This document shows positions 23,146 through 36,595 of a stretch of DNA of 64,000 nt, in pieces (position 1 is the stretch's first letter; the number at the start of each line of letters is the position of its first letter). Made by a program: the position numbers and the translations under genes. The notes beneath the pieces are model-generated. The model had not been told where the DNA came from. It saw only the letters and a program-made list of their open reading frames with translations, and did no database searches. The stretch lies in contig NC_133619.1 of NCBI RefSeq assembly GCF_048593235.1, positions 524,857,644 through 524,921,643 on the forward strand. Direction: 5' to 3'. The DNA comes from Sminthopsis crassicaudata (taxonomy: Eukaryota).

Positions 23146-26100
23146 GGTGCTCTGTCCCCAAGGGTGTGCTTCCACACACAAGGAGAGTGCATTTCCTGGT
23201 TTCTTGTCCAGCCACTAGCCGCGGCTCCCAGAGAGCAGTGTGTCAGTGTCAGATTTCTCCCCTAGTTCCAGGCGGCTTATCTGTGCCACCTGCTGGAAGG
23301 ATCGCCAGGTGGGCCCTTCCGGGCTGGAGGAAGGGGCAGGGCCCACGGCCTGGGCTGGCCCCAGGCCTCGAGTCCCAGCTCCTGGGATGGAGCTCCCGAC
23401 TATCAGCTTCCGTGGCAGGAAAACTAGAGGGAATAAGTGTCAGCTTCCAGGGCCTGGAAAAGGTTTCAGCCTTAACCCATCACCGTCAGGGAGCAAGCGT
23501 GAACCCCAGATCCAAAGGCTTGGCACAAACCCCAAATCCAGCGCCCCAGCTCTAGACCTTAAGGACCAGATGGGGCTTTGGAGGGTTTTTTTGTTTTGAT
23601 TTTGTTTTTGAATCCTGGGTTACCCGCTCTGTGACTATAGGAAAATCACTTAATCTCTCTGAGACTCAGTTTAATTTTCAATGAAAGAATAATTATAGCT
23701 CACATTTATCTTTTATATTAAGGTTTGCCAAGAGCTATACACATCTCTTTTGCTCTTCACAAAAACCCTATAGGTAGGTGCTGTTATTGTTCTCATTTTA
23801 GAGCTAAGGAAATTGAGGTGGTGGGGGTAAGGGAAAACTGGGAGAAAATATTAATTTTTTTAAATTGAGATTAACTTCCTCAGCGTTAGTGACTAAGGCA
23901 GGATTTGAATGCAGTTCTACTGAAAGCACACTTAGTATTTCTGAGTCTGATTTCTCAACTGTAATGACTAGAAAGTCATACTACTCTACAACTAAAAACC
24001 AGAGTTAATTGGGGGCAAAAGAGAAAAAGAAGAGCACTTTATAAACGCTACAGAACTCCAACACTACTCTGTGATGTTTTGAACTTCTAGTTATTCTCTA
24101 TGGTTTTCATGATATTTGTGGATTTAGTGAGTGTTCAATATTTTTGAGTGAAGAAATAACTGGGGGAGAAGGACATTGATATGAAAAATGGATTCAAGTC
24201 AAGGAATGCTACGAACTCTGAGAACTAAAGTTGGGGACCTTCCAGACAGCAAGAGAAAGGTCCAGGGCTCTACTCTTCCTTTTCCAGATTAATGTTATAT
24301 TCATTCTCCCCAGGACTCCATATTCTAATAATGGCCTATCTGCTATTCCCTATATGTGTTATCCTATCTCCCCCTTCCCTATATAAATATGTGTAGAGAT
24401 CATTCTCCATGCGTGAAAATCTCTCCCTTACTTCTAACTCTTAGAAACTCCCCTCCCCTCAGGGCTCAGGGGAAGCCAGTGCTACTCCCTACACAAGGAA
24501 TTTCCTGATCCCCTGATTATCAGGTAATTGCTACAAATTACATTAGATTTTGAATTTAATTATATGTGAACCTATTGTTCCCTAGTAGAATGTAAGTCCT
24601 TTTAGGGCAGGAGTTGTTTTATCTGAATCCCCAGCACCTAGGAAAATACCTTGCACATAGAAGGTGCTTGAATGGTAGGTATGAGCACACTGGAACATAT
24701 TACTAATGACCTGAGGAAAAGGAAGGTGAAAGATGTCATCAGAGAAATATGTGACCAGAAAAAAAGATGAGCTGGCCAGTAACAAAAGCAAAGGATGACT
24801 GTTGGATAGTCCACATGTTTGACTGGTATCAATGCCATATGATCTAGAGGAAGCTCTCAACCCATGGTATAGAACCTCTATTAAAGATTTATTGCAAAGT
24901 TAGGGACAAGAATTACATAGGATGGGTAAGTACTGGCAAAGGGAGGGGAGGAGTTTGCAGCACTGATAATAGCATAAATCCTCTAGCTACAGAAGAATCA
25001 ATCACATTAAAATACCTATTATGGTAATCTCATTAGTACTACATTTTAACTGGAGATAATTGGTTAATTTTTCCCCCTGAGGCAATTGGGGTTAAGTGAT
25101 GTGTCTGGGGTCACACAGCTAGGAAGTACTAAGGGTCTGAGGTCAAATTTGAATTTAGGTCCTCCTGACTTCAGGACTGGTGCTCTATCCACTGCACCAC
25201 CCAGCTGTTCCCAATTAATTTCTGATGGAGAATTTTCAGCTAACAATTACAGGCTGGTGGTAGAGTTCATTTATTGGAAGTTGTTGGGTGTATTGTCTAT
25301 TCAAGGACTGAATGAAGAATGATTAAGGGTCCAGGTTTCCCCTTCCTTGAACTTAGGGCCTCCTTCAGCACTGCTTCCCCAAGAAAGCAATAAGCAGCCT
25401 TTCTGAACACACCAACTCTGATATCTGAGCCTGGAGCCTCTTCTCCTTCCCTTAAGTGCTAGAAGTTGATGGATCAGTTTGATTCCTGCTATGGGAAATT
25501 TCATGAATTAGAGTCAAATGCTTTCTTTCTGACCTGAAAGAGAGTCTATGTAAAGATATTGGATTACTTTGATAGACTATAGAACTCAAAATGACACAAT
25601 GGCCAACCATTGGTGCAGAGGGATGAAGCATGCTATTTATCTCTTGACAGAAAGATGATGCACTAAAAGTGAAGACTGAACATACATTTTTGGACATGAC
25701 AAATATAGAAACTTGCTTTGCTTAACCATGCCTATTTGTCACAAAGCAGGGGAGGTGGCAGGGAGATAAATGATTATTAGTTGAAAACTTTAAAAAGTTT
25801 TTGAAAACAGATTAGGAGCAAAACCCCCTCAGATTTTGGTCTCAGCTCTGCTTCTACCTACTTGCACCAACTGAAACAAGTCACTTCTTTATAGGCCTCA
25901 GTTTCCTTATCTGTAAAATGAAGAGGTTGGTCTACGTGCCCTTTAAGGTCTTGCCCATCTCCTGATTTAGGATTCTAAGTCTCTGGGTCTCAGTTTCCTC
26001 ATATATAAAATGAAGGATTGAGTTGGATGATACCTTAAAATCTCTAAAACCTTAAAAACCTCTAAAAAAACCCATGATGTATGACTGCTATGGACACTTC

Positions 26101-26669
26101 GGGCCACAAGAGTGCTTGTGGAAGAAGATTCCTTGCTTGATGTTTTTTCATTCATTCATTCCAGTATTCATGCTCCCTGACTGTATTAAGCCCCCTTGAA
26201 TGTGAGAACTCTGCCTAGTTGCCCAGGAACTGAAGAGCATTGCTTTAGGCAACACAGCCTAGACAAAAACATGCTCTGTTCTTTCCCCCAGACCCCCTCC
26301 CAAGTTCTACCTTGAAAAGCCCAGACTGTCTGGAGACCCTTGTTTTTGTATCTCTAATCACCAGCCCAGACAATGCCCTCTGGCTTGTTTGGATGGCACG
26401 GCTCTCATCCCCTACCAGGATCACTCTGGCTTTTGTTGTATTGTGAGAAAGTCGGGGCTAGGAATCTGATTAGGAGCCGGTGCCAATGTCCTGCTGTAAT
26501 CACAGCGTCCAGCTGTGGGCCCAGTCTGGAGTTGAACTCAGCATATCCACATGGCGCACTCCATGCAGCCAGGGTTCTGCAGCCCTTGTCTGGGACTTCT
26601 TTCCCCACTCTTAGTCTTACTCTGCAGACACAGAACAGGGAGAAACACAGACGGGCCCTAGGATCTGGA

Positions 26670-26675
26670 TTTATT
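26670..26675 (-). terminator. HSPB2 polyadenylation signal
   Basis: AATAAA on the minus strand about 220 nt after the stop. Confidence 0.7.
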
Positions 26676-26896
26676 CATCTCTGCCCACAACTGAATGACA
26701 AGGCTGTTCTAAGGGGTCACACTAGATGGAAATTACGTTCTAAATCACTCCCCCCGCCCCCATGTCACCTCCCTATCCCTTTCTCCCTTGCCCTCTTCCC
26801 CATGAGATGCAGCTGCCTCCGGGCAGGTGCTCTCATCACCACACAGCAAAAGCCCCAGCCGTGAGACAGAAAGGAGCGTGCTTGGGTTTGGGATGA

Positions 26897-27351
26897 TCAG
26901 AGTCCCATCATGTCCCCCTCCCCTTCTTCCTCCTGGTCAGGAGGCCTAGGTAACAGAGAAACGTGGACCTCATTGACCTCTGTGTCCCACCGTCTTCCTC
27001 CCCGCGGAGCCTCCAGATGGAGAATGCCGTCGTGGGAGAGCGCAGCCCGAACGCGCCAGGGATCCACGTCAGCAGGCAGGACGTAGGTGCGGCAGAACTC
27101 GCGGGACACAAAGCCGTGGCGATCCAAACGCTGGGGGTGCCGGGCAGACACCTCCAGCAGGTTGTCCACGGTCCTGACCGTCACCTCGTCTGGGGTGAAG
27201 TGGCTCACGTCCAGGAAGGCCTGGAACTTGCCTTCACTGAGACGGAGCTGCGAGGCCCCCGCGCCGCTGCTGTGCCCGGCCTGTGCTGCCCGCGGTCGCA
27301 CGTAGTAGCCGTGGTACAGGGTGGGAGTCAGGATCTCCTCCGGGAGCAGGC
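26897..27351 (-). CDS. HSPB2: HSPB2 exon 2 (alpha-crystallin domain)
   Basis: Acceptor CCTTTACAG|GCCTGCTC; GLLPEEILTPTLYHGYYVRPRAA...FQAFLDVSHFTPDEVTVRTVDNLLEVSARHPQRLDRHGFVSREFCRTY; 94+455 nt = 182 aa + stop. Confidence 0.98.
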
Positions 27352-28017
27352 CTGTAAAGGGAAAGAAAAGTGAGGCGGGAAAGGGGATCGCGACAAAGGA
27401 AAGAAGCATAAAGGGAGATGGAAAGTGAGACGGGAAGAGGTATAGGGCAGGGGAGCAAAAGCGCGACATGCCCAGAGGGAAAGGTCTAAGGGAAGAAGAG
27501 GGATGGAGAGAGGGGACCACGGAGGCCATCAAAACCAACCCCTCGTTTTTCAGTCGGGAAACCGAGGCCCAGAGAGTAACACTGGTAGGGACCTGACAGG
27601 CCCAGCGCCCGTAAGTGACTGGACCAAAGTCACCCAGGTAGCAAGGGCCAGGCGCCTCACCTGCCCCCTCACCGCAGAAGATGGAGACAGGGAGAGGAAG
27701 ATGCAGACTATAACAGGGTTTGGGGGAGACAAGGGAGAGGAGAAAAGCTGAAGCCACGATGAGCAGGAGGGAAGGTACCAGTTAGGGACTGTGCCTCCTG
27801 GCCATCCCCTGGGATCCCCCTGTCAGATGACCGCGGGTCAGGAAGGGAATGAGGCAACAACCCAGAAGGGAGAAGTCAGGCTTGGACATGATCAGTCTCA
27901 GGAGGTCAGTTTAGTTCAGGTTGAGGGGTGATGGTTAGTAGGGGCTGGGGTGAGGTGGGAGCAGCCCCCCAAATCAGAGGAGAGGGAGGGGAGGAGGGAG
28001 CGGCGTCAGGCCCGTAC

Positions 28018-28111
28018 CTTCCCCAAAGCGTTGCTCGCCTAAGCTGCTGGGATTAGCGAACTCGTACTCGGTGGTGGCCGGGTGGGCATGTGGCACCGAG
28101 CGACCCGACAT
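28018..28111 (-). CDS. HSPB2: HSPB2 exon 1 (MSGRSVPHAHPATTEYEFANPSSLGEQRFGEG)
   Basis: 94 nt, donor AAG|GTACGG; near-identical to the human HSPB2 N-terminus. Confidence 0.97.
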
Positions 28112-29196
28112 GGCCCCAGACGGACCTTCAGCCACGGATCAGCCCCTGCGGACACGGCGGGCCCTTCCTGCCAGGACGAAGAGCCAGTACTCTGGAAAGG
28201 ACCCCGGGAGGGCCGGGGCCGGGGCTGGGGCGGGGTCTGCACTGTCCAAAAATAGAGCGGAGCCTCGGTGGGAGAGGGGGAGGAAGCTCGGCGGCCTGTG
28301 TCCTCCTCCCCCTCCGGCTCCCTCTCGGATCCGGTTGCTCAGCTGTTCAGCTGCTCGGCTGGGTTGAGTAAACTGGATTCGGATCCAAGGAGGGCATACT
28401 CACCCGTCCCGGAGACTTCCCAAACTGCCTCCATCCCACGTGTCAAAGCCCCAACACTCTGGGCATCTTCCTAAACCTAATCTGCTAGTCATTTGAGAAT
28501 TAAGTATGAAGCACCATTGCTCCAAACCAGGAGGAACTCCTGCCCAGCCTTATGGTAGAAATGAGGAAACCGAGACCCAAGGCAGGGAAGGGATGCACTG
28601 GGCCAAGGTCACATAGCTAGTAAGTGTGGGAGGCAGAATTCGAACTCAGGGTTTTCTCACGACAAGACCAAGGCCCCTTCTGCAATGCCAGACTGAGTGG
28701 TTCCGTGCTCTCTGTCCTTTTCCAAAACTGAGTTCTAATCCCTGCTCGGCCGCTCCTCTCATCTAACATTCTCTAATTCTATAAGCATGTTTCCTGGACA
28801 ACCGCCCCCTACCCTATTTCCCCTCTCCAGTTGCTGATTAGTCAGGAGTCCTTTCTGGCTAGAATGATGTCAAGGGCTTCCCCTCATCCTCCCTTCTACC
28901 CGAGGCTACACAAATGTCTGGACAGTGACATAGCTGTGACCACTGGCCTTCTTTCTCCAAGGAGTCACAAAGAGTTAATGTCCTTGGGGCCCAGCCCAGG
29001 CAGATTCCTTCCCCGCCAGTCTCTGCCTGGGCCCAAGATAGTTGCTGGCCTGATACCCCTGGCATGTGAGACTATAATGGTAGGGGGAAGGGCAAGCTGC
29101 TTGGGATTCCTGGCTCTGCCTTAGCAAGAGGGGAGGGAGAACCAGAGTGTTGAGGGGTGGCTGGTGGGGGGGTGGAACAAGGGGCGGGGAAAGCAC

Positions 29197-29206
29197 CCAT
29201 ATTTGG
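29197..29206 (+). promoter_or_regulatory. Perfect CArG box (SRF site)
   Basis: CCATATTTGG fits CC(A/T)6GG, just after a GGGGCGGGG box. Confidence 0.6.
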
Positions 29207-29348
29207 AAGCCAGGACCAGTCCCTTGCCAGCTCAGACATGTTTGTGTTTCTCTTTTCTTAGCTTGGTGAGTACTGGGTGTGTGTCACAGCCAAATCCCCG
29301 ATCACCAGTCCTCCATGAACTGGGATAATAAAACTCCTGACATCACCA

Positions 29349-29361
29349 TTCCAGAACCTTC
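29349..29361 (+). promoter_or_regulatory. Heat-shock element of CRYAB
   Basis: TTCCAGAACCTTC gives alternating nTTCn/nGAAn/nTTCn immediately upstream of the TATA box. Confidence 0.8.
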
Positions 29362-29373
29362 ACGGGTGCTGGC

Positions 29374-29380
29374 TATATAA
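29374..29380 (+). promoter_or_regulatory. CRYAB TATA box
   Basis: TATATAA about 70 nt upstream of the ATG. Confidence 0.85.
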
Positions 29381-29404
29381 GAGCCTGGCTGGAGCCTGGA
29401 CTGA

Positions 29405-29668
<264 letters not shown>

Positions 29669-30991
29669 TAGCTAGGTTCTTTGGGGCATCAATTTTTTGG
29701 TGCAATTCATCTCTTTGAGCTTCTAGCTTCAGCTTTTCCAACAGACTATCTCATAGCCATCAACAACACAGATGTCTGATGCATCTGTGCCTGGTAGTGT
29801 AGAAAGATGAGGTCATTAGCAGCTTCTCTGGAAGTCTCATCCAGTTTATTTTAGCCTCTCTGTGAAGGGTAGGATCAAAATATCCTATTAATAAAGTCCC
29901 TTTGGATCCACTGAGGTCATCTCATTTGCCTCCTGGCTTTTGGGAAGACCCTAATTTGTCATTATTAAATAGGGGTTACTTTTTTGCTTTAAAGTATCCT
30001 AAAGGAACTAGCCTCAGCTCACTGAAGGTTTTATTTTAGTTGTGTTTGTTTTCTTCCAGAATTCAGGGGCTTCTGACCTTACTCTTTAACTTCCCTGTGT
30101 AAGAATATAAATAATATAAATAAAATAATATAATATAATAAATATAAATAATATAAATAAAAAGCATTCTTCTTTCCCTCCTGCCTGTCAACCTCCTAGC
30201 AGTGATTGTTGGGTTTCTTTGAGTTAGAAGGGAGTATTAGTCTGGGCTTAAAAAGAAGGAAGGAATAAGGCCATCTTTTTGTTTCTTAGCTCAAATTCTG
30301 TACCCCTGTCCAAGGCTCTGGCTTTGTATTCTGCTTTGGAAGAGGAGAATAGACTAGATTGGCAGATAAGAGCTGTGTCACAACACTCTCATTTAAAAAT
30401 ACTGAAGTATGAGTAAACAGGAGTCCAAGTGAATGAGTGGGCAAGGGCATTGAAAGGGCAAGCTGAGTAGTTTCTAGATAAAGTGGGTGGGAAACTCAGC
30501 AGTCAGGAGGAGCCAGCAGAAGAGGTCTTTGTTTTTACAGATAAATATCCGGAGACAAGATTTGCATTTGGCAAACTGAAAGGCGTAGGGTAGCTGTGAA
30601 CATGAGAATCATAGTCCAGCCCATTTTTATTTAGTGTAGACATACAGTGGGCATTCTGGCTCACATTTTGGGCATCTTTGAGAATACCCTGTTTTCTCAA
30701 TAAGCTCAGTTAAGGGTTGGTGGCCAAGGCTCCATGAGCCAGAGCTTTGATTTTGTAAAGCAAGGTATTTTTCCAGAGTGTAGGGCAGAAAGTGGAGGAG
30801 AGAAGGGAAGAAGTAAGGATTCCTGGATAGAATTTTTTGCAGATGTGTTTTATCTCTTGGCTTATCAGTGCCCCCTAGAGGGGAGAGAGACAGAGACAGA
30901 GGCAGAAAGAGAAAGAGCGAGAGAATATGAGAGAATGAGAGTTTTAATTTCTTTGTCCTCACCTGTCCTGAACTTTCTCTGATATCTCTAG

Positions 30992-31210
<219 letters not shown>

Positions 31211-32099
31211 TGAAACCCTCAGAGCTGGGCTAATCCTAGTTAGAAACCAAGAGGTCTTTAAGCTATCCAGGAAAGCCTCATTCTACTTGGAGCCTATTCC
31301 TACTCTGAATCTCTGGTTCTAAGTAAGGATTAACCTTATATTCTCATTGAAAAGGTTGGTGCAGTCTTCCTTTATCAAGAAATAAACATCAATTCCTGGA
31401 GAAGTTTTTGATGCACCTACTTTTCTAGAATCTAATCCCAAATTGTAGGCATTGTGGCAAACTACATTCAACATATCTCAGAGGAGTCCATTTCTGCTCA
31501 AGTGTTTTGGGTTGGAATCAGAGATGTACTGGTAACAACCAGCTCTTTAAGAAAAAAATAAAAATTTAAAGAAAAACTCTGTGCAGAGAACACTTTTAAA
31601 TTTAATCTGCATTATTAACATTTTTTTTCAATCACTTAAGTCCAGGAAAGCAACAACAACAAAAAAAAAAAGTCCTTATTTGTCGATGTAGAGACTTACA
31701 CTAGAAATTTAATAATTGACTCTCAGAAGCTGATTCAAAGTGGCTCCAGCATATCGCTAGGTTAAAATGATAGAAGATCACACTGAAGATATACAAGGTG
31801 GAATCTGCTGGTCCTACTAGCTTTCTGTCATTTTCAGTGTCAAGCAGAGCAGATAGGTTGATTTTGTCTGTGATTTAACATAATAAAATTAGCCCTGGGA
31901 ATTCAACTAGGCTCCTCTCCATTGAGGAGATCTCAGAAACAACCCAGTCCATCATGGATTTGGAAACTGAGGGATATTTGGTCCCACCTCCTAGTAATTC
32001 TGCTGAAGAAATAGCATACCTGGGGAATTTTTGCTTGACTCCAGCCCAAATCCCAAAACTAAATTAACCTCAGAAGTGCTTCACTTACCCCAGTAGTGA

Positions 32100-32426
<327 letters not shown>

Positions 32427-32554
32427 AGGCCCCAATCCCCCAAACTGTGTTTTCTATGGCAGGAAAGCTCTTTCACCAGTAGGGGTACAGTCCCTTATGA
32501 CTGGTGCTGATGCTAATTTATTTATGCTGAGGGCAGAGCCCAAGTTACTAGGCC

Positions 32555-32560
32555 AATAAA
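32555..32560 (+). terminator. CRYAB polyadenylation signal
   Basis: AATAAA about 130 nt after the stop. Confidence 0.8.
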
Positions 32561-33519
32561 ATGATTCAGCAACAAACAAATGTCTGATTTTTGCATGTCC
32601 ATGGTATCCTTAATAGAGACTTATGTAGTTACCTACAAAGAATCGGTAAAATTATTGCCTTGAGATTCGGGGACTTTATTTCAATTTGTTGCTAAAATTT
32701 TTTCAATAGATCCAACAAATCTATCTTCCTTATCATTCAATAAATTCAACAAGCACTTCATTAAGCACACACTCTAGAAGGGTTAGGGGCTAGGGAGTAA
32801 AACAAAAATGAATAGGATATAGTCCTTACCCTTAGGAAACTTACAGTCTGGTAGGAAGAAAACATACAAGCTAGAATGGGATGGGTGGCTAAGTCAAGTA
32901 CAAAGAAAGGACTACAGAAGTCCTGGGGCAGCAAAGGTTTTCAGCTGGGTTTGTGGTGATTGAATAAATGGGCAGAGGCAGTGTTGGTGGGTAATCACAG
33001 AGGTGGATGGGACCCTGTGATGAGAGGTGTAAAATCATAGCTGAAAGGGACCTCAGAGGTCATCTCCAGCATTTTTATAGTCAAGGAAAAGAAGGCCCCA
33101 GTTTGCCTGGATCATAGATGAGAATGATGATAATTTGCACATCTTTTACTTTAACACTCACAGAACACAACTTATATTTATCATCTTTTTCTCCTTAAGG
33201 CCATTCTGTGAAATAAGTACTTCAGATATTATTAACCATTTTTCAGAGAAGGAAACAGGTTCAGAAGGTTGGACTTTCCCACAATTATACAACTAGTAAA
33301 TCTTAGAGGCAGGGTTTAAACCCAACTTGTGGTAACTGCAAGTCCAGCACTCTTTATGTTATTCTATAGTGGAACAAGAGAGGAAGGAGTGTACAGTTTA
33401 GAAGTATGAGGTTTATCAGGTTGTGTCAAGTTGTCTTTCTAGTTTTTTTTTTTTAAAGGGATAAACAGGACCTAGAAAATGATCACCTGATCTCTCCTGA
33501 ATATACCCTCTAAATAGCT

Positions 33520-34000
33520 GTTGTTCATCCTTTGTTTTCAGAGGACCAGTGACATCACAGGGTGATGTCTTGACTTGAGCGTGAATTGAATTTAAGTGAG
33601 GTAAGGTTGTATACAACCAAGTCATCAGTCTCACTCTCTCTTCCAGAGTCATCAAAATCTAGGATCAGGACAAAAGTGAGGGATAATTGGCAGTGGATGA
33701 CCTTGAAGTCTTCCGAGTCTGTCCAAGTTCTAAGCACTCCATACCTCCTGCTTTAGCCACTGTCATGGCTGTTGGAACAAACTGTTCTCATCTGTCATTC
33801 CAATGTCTTCATTGGGGAAGTCTTCACATGCTTGGGATAAATCTCCCCCTAACTCACCCACAAGTTTGAGACCTGTCACTTACCCTTAACCTGGTTTAGC
33901 CCTTCTGCAGAGACAGTTTTACCAAGGTATCTCTACTGAATTTGCTACAGTTTCTTGGAGCTACAAATGAGAGTTGGGTGACAGGAAAAGTGCTAGCCTT
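33520..34000 (-). mobile_element. RTE-tailed SINE (WALLSI-like); related copies at ~17590-17950 and ~56020-56492
   Basis: Reverse-complement RTE-type tail GTTGTTCATCCTTTGTTTTCAGAGGACC and shared body motif GGGGAAGTCTTCACATGCTTGGG...CCTAACTC. Confidence 0.6.
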
Positions 34001-35744
34001 CTCTGCATACTCCATATACCCCATAGTTGTTCCAAGTAGTTAGCTACTAAAGACACAATGAATAAGTTAGAAGACTGAGGTATCCTGATTTTTCTTTTCC
34101 ATCCTGAGAGTGCAGATCACAAGTTATCCATGACTAACTTGAAACCAATTGATAATTCTTCTTCGTGTTCCCATAAATTCTCCCATGGTGGGTCCATTTT
34201 AATCAGAGGAGAACAAAAAGACTAAGTTCTTCTAGATCTTGACTGGGATATAAGTGGAACATATGGCCTATCTATTTCTTACTCATACTATGTGATTGTG
34301 TAACTTCTTTTCTTATGACATTCACTTTTCCTGATCAATGCTTATTGACAATATTTTGCAGCCTACTCATGCTCCTACATATATCACTTTTCCACTGCCC
34401 TTTGAGTGATTCTAAACTTTCATTCTTCAGAGACTAGAATATTCCATGGCTTGTGGCCATATAGCATGACTAGAAGTATATTGAGGAAGGAAAAAAAAGA
34501 GTCTTTGTTTCAGGGAGAAACTTAGGAGTCATTAAAAGCATTGCACAATTTTCCAAATATAATCTGTTCCACTTGCCTAATCTACCTCAATTCTGGATCC
34601 AGTTTTTCCATTTCTAGTGCATATGCAAGTTATATGTACTAATCAGTTCTTAGGTTTTCCCATTCAAATCTGTATTATAATTTAGATCTGCATTTCTCAA
34701 GTGTGGTCTGGGGATCTTTGGATCCTTTCAGGGAATCTGCAGGTTCAAATCTGGTCTCAGTTAACACTTCCTAGCTGTGTGACCCTGGGCAAGTCACTTA
34801 ACCCCAGCCTCAGGGGTGGGGGGGAGATGGAAAAGTAGACATATAGGCTGATATTTCTCATTAATTATTGTTATTTTGTTATTAATACTTTCTCATCACC
34901 TTTTTTCAGTAATAAGGTTTTTCTGTGTATATGCTTTTATAAGACTTTAATATCCTACCATCTTTCAGATATGCCAGTGATAGAGAGGATGATGAGCATG
35001 GTTATGCAGTGTTTGTCTTCTCCCCCACTATTGACTTGCTGTTTAATTGAGTTTTAATTGAGTTTCTCCGTTAAATGCCTCTTTTATGTCCCAAGAAGGT
35101 GTATTAGAAGTTCTGTTATTCTTTTTCTTTTTTTAGCTTCAAGTCCGCAGCCAGGAGCAATATTCTAGTAAAACACTTCAATGTTAAATCTCTTTCCTTT
35201 CTCCAGTGATACTTTTACCTCATTTGTTTCCTTTCAATTCCATTTCCAAAAGGTAACTCAAGATTATCAAAGACCTGTGGATAATGCTATTTAAAAATAC
35301 AAAATAACCGTTGAAAATAAGGAAAAGTGAAGAAACTCTCCCTGTATACAGAGAAAACAGTTTCAGGCTTCCATAAGAAAAGAGCTATTGCCTGTCTTTC
35401 TTGAGGTCTTTAGTAAGTTCAGTAACACAACAACTCCCTTGAGACATCTTGTGTCCAACTGGCTTAAACAACCTCACTCCTAAAGACTGGGCATTTCTCT
35501 TTGTGGCAGCTGACTTTGTCCAGGCTACTATTCCCTTATCCATGTGGTTCCTTATGGTCTCCCATTCTACAACTCCAGTTGTCTTCTAGATCTTCTATGC
35601 ATTTAAAGATGAACTTGGTTCCTTTTCTCCTCCATCTGCCATATTGACTTTTAAAGATCACCTAGAAAGCATGTATTATCATTTTGTCTGACAAGTTGTT
35701 CTTTCTCTAATTTGTTTAATGGATTTCATCTTCTACAAGGAACA

Positions 35745-36595
35745 TCTACCCCAATTGATAAATGGTCAAAGGATATGAAGGGACAATTTTCAGATGAAGA
35801 AATTAAAACCATTTCTAGTCATATGAAAAAATGTTCTAAATCACTATTGATTAGAGAAATGTAAATTAAAACAAGTCTGAGATACCTCCTCACACCTTTC
35901 AGATTGCCTAAGATGACAGGAAAAGATAATGATGAATGTTGGAGGGGAGGGGAGAAAACTGGGACAAAATTGTATTATTGGTGGAGTTGTGAAATGATCC
36001 AACCATTCTGGAGAACAATTTGGAGCTATGCACAAAGGGCTATAAAACTGTACATATCCTTTGATCCAACAGGGCTATTATTGGGTCTGTATCCCAAGGA
36101 AATCATAAAGGAGGGAAAAGGAACCACGTGTGCAAAAATGTTTGTAGCATCTCTTTTTGAGGTAGCAAAGAATTGGATAATAAGGATGCCCATCAATTGG
36201 GGAATGGTTGAAGAAGTTGTGATATATGAAGGCAATGGAATATTATTGTTCTATTAAAAAAAAAACCAAGCTGATTTTAGAAAGATTTACGTGAACTGAT
36301 GCTGAGTGAAATAAGCAAAACCAGGAATTTATTGTACTCAGTAACAAAAAGAATATGCGACATTCAATTAGGAAAGACTTGGTTCTTCTCACTGCTTCAG
36401 TGATCCAAAGAAATCCCAATAGATTTTGAATAGAAAATGCCATCTGCATCCAGAAAAAGATCTATGTAAATCAACATATACTATGTTCATTTCTTTTTTC
36501 TGTTTTTTTTCCCTCCCGTTGTTTTTCCCTTTGTTCTGATTTTTCTCACACCATGATTCATAAAGCAATGTATATTTGAAATAATAAATAAATGA
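35745..36595 (+). mobile_element. 5'-truncated L1
   Basis: KMTGKDNDECWRG...LLGLYPKEIIKEGKGTTCAKMFVASLF is the L1 ORF2 C-terminus; A-rich end. Confidence 0.92.

Noticed and set aside
22697-23599. Cluster of overlapping 70-208-aa ORFs
   Set aside because: GC-rich C11orf52 promoter and exon 1 region with few stop codons; no recognisable domain.
26373-26864. 163-aa plus-strand ORF
   Set aside because: Antisense to the HSPB2 3' UTR; no homology recognised.
27352-27757. 286-aa ORF extending HSPB2 exon 2 upstream
   Set aside because: The extension is intron sequence (polypyrimidine tract and a MIR-like piece). The true exon 1 at 28018-28111 splices in phase and restores the 182-aa protein.
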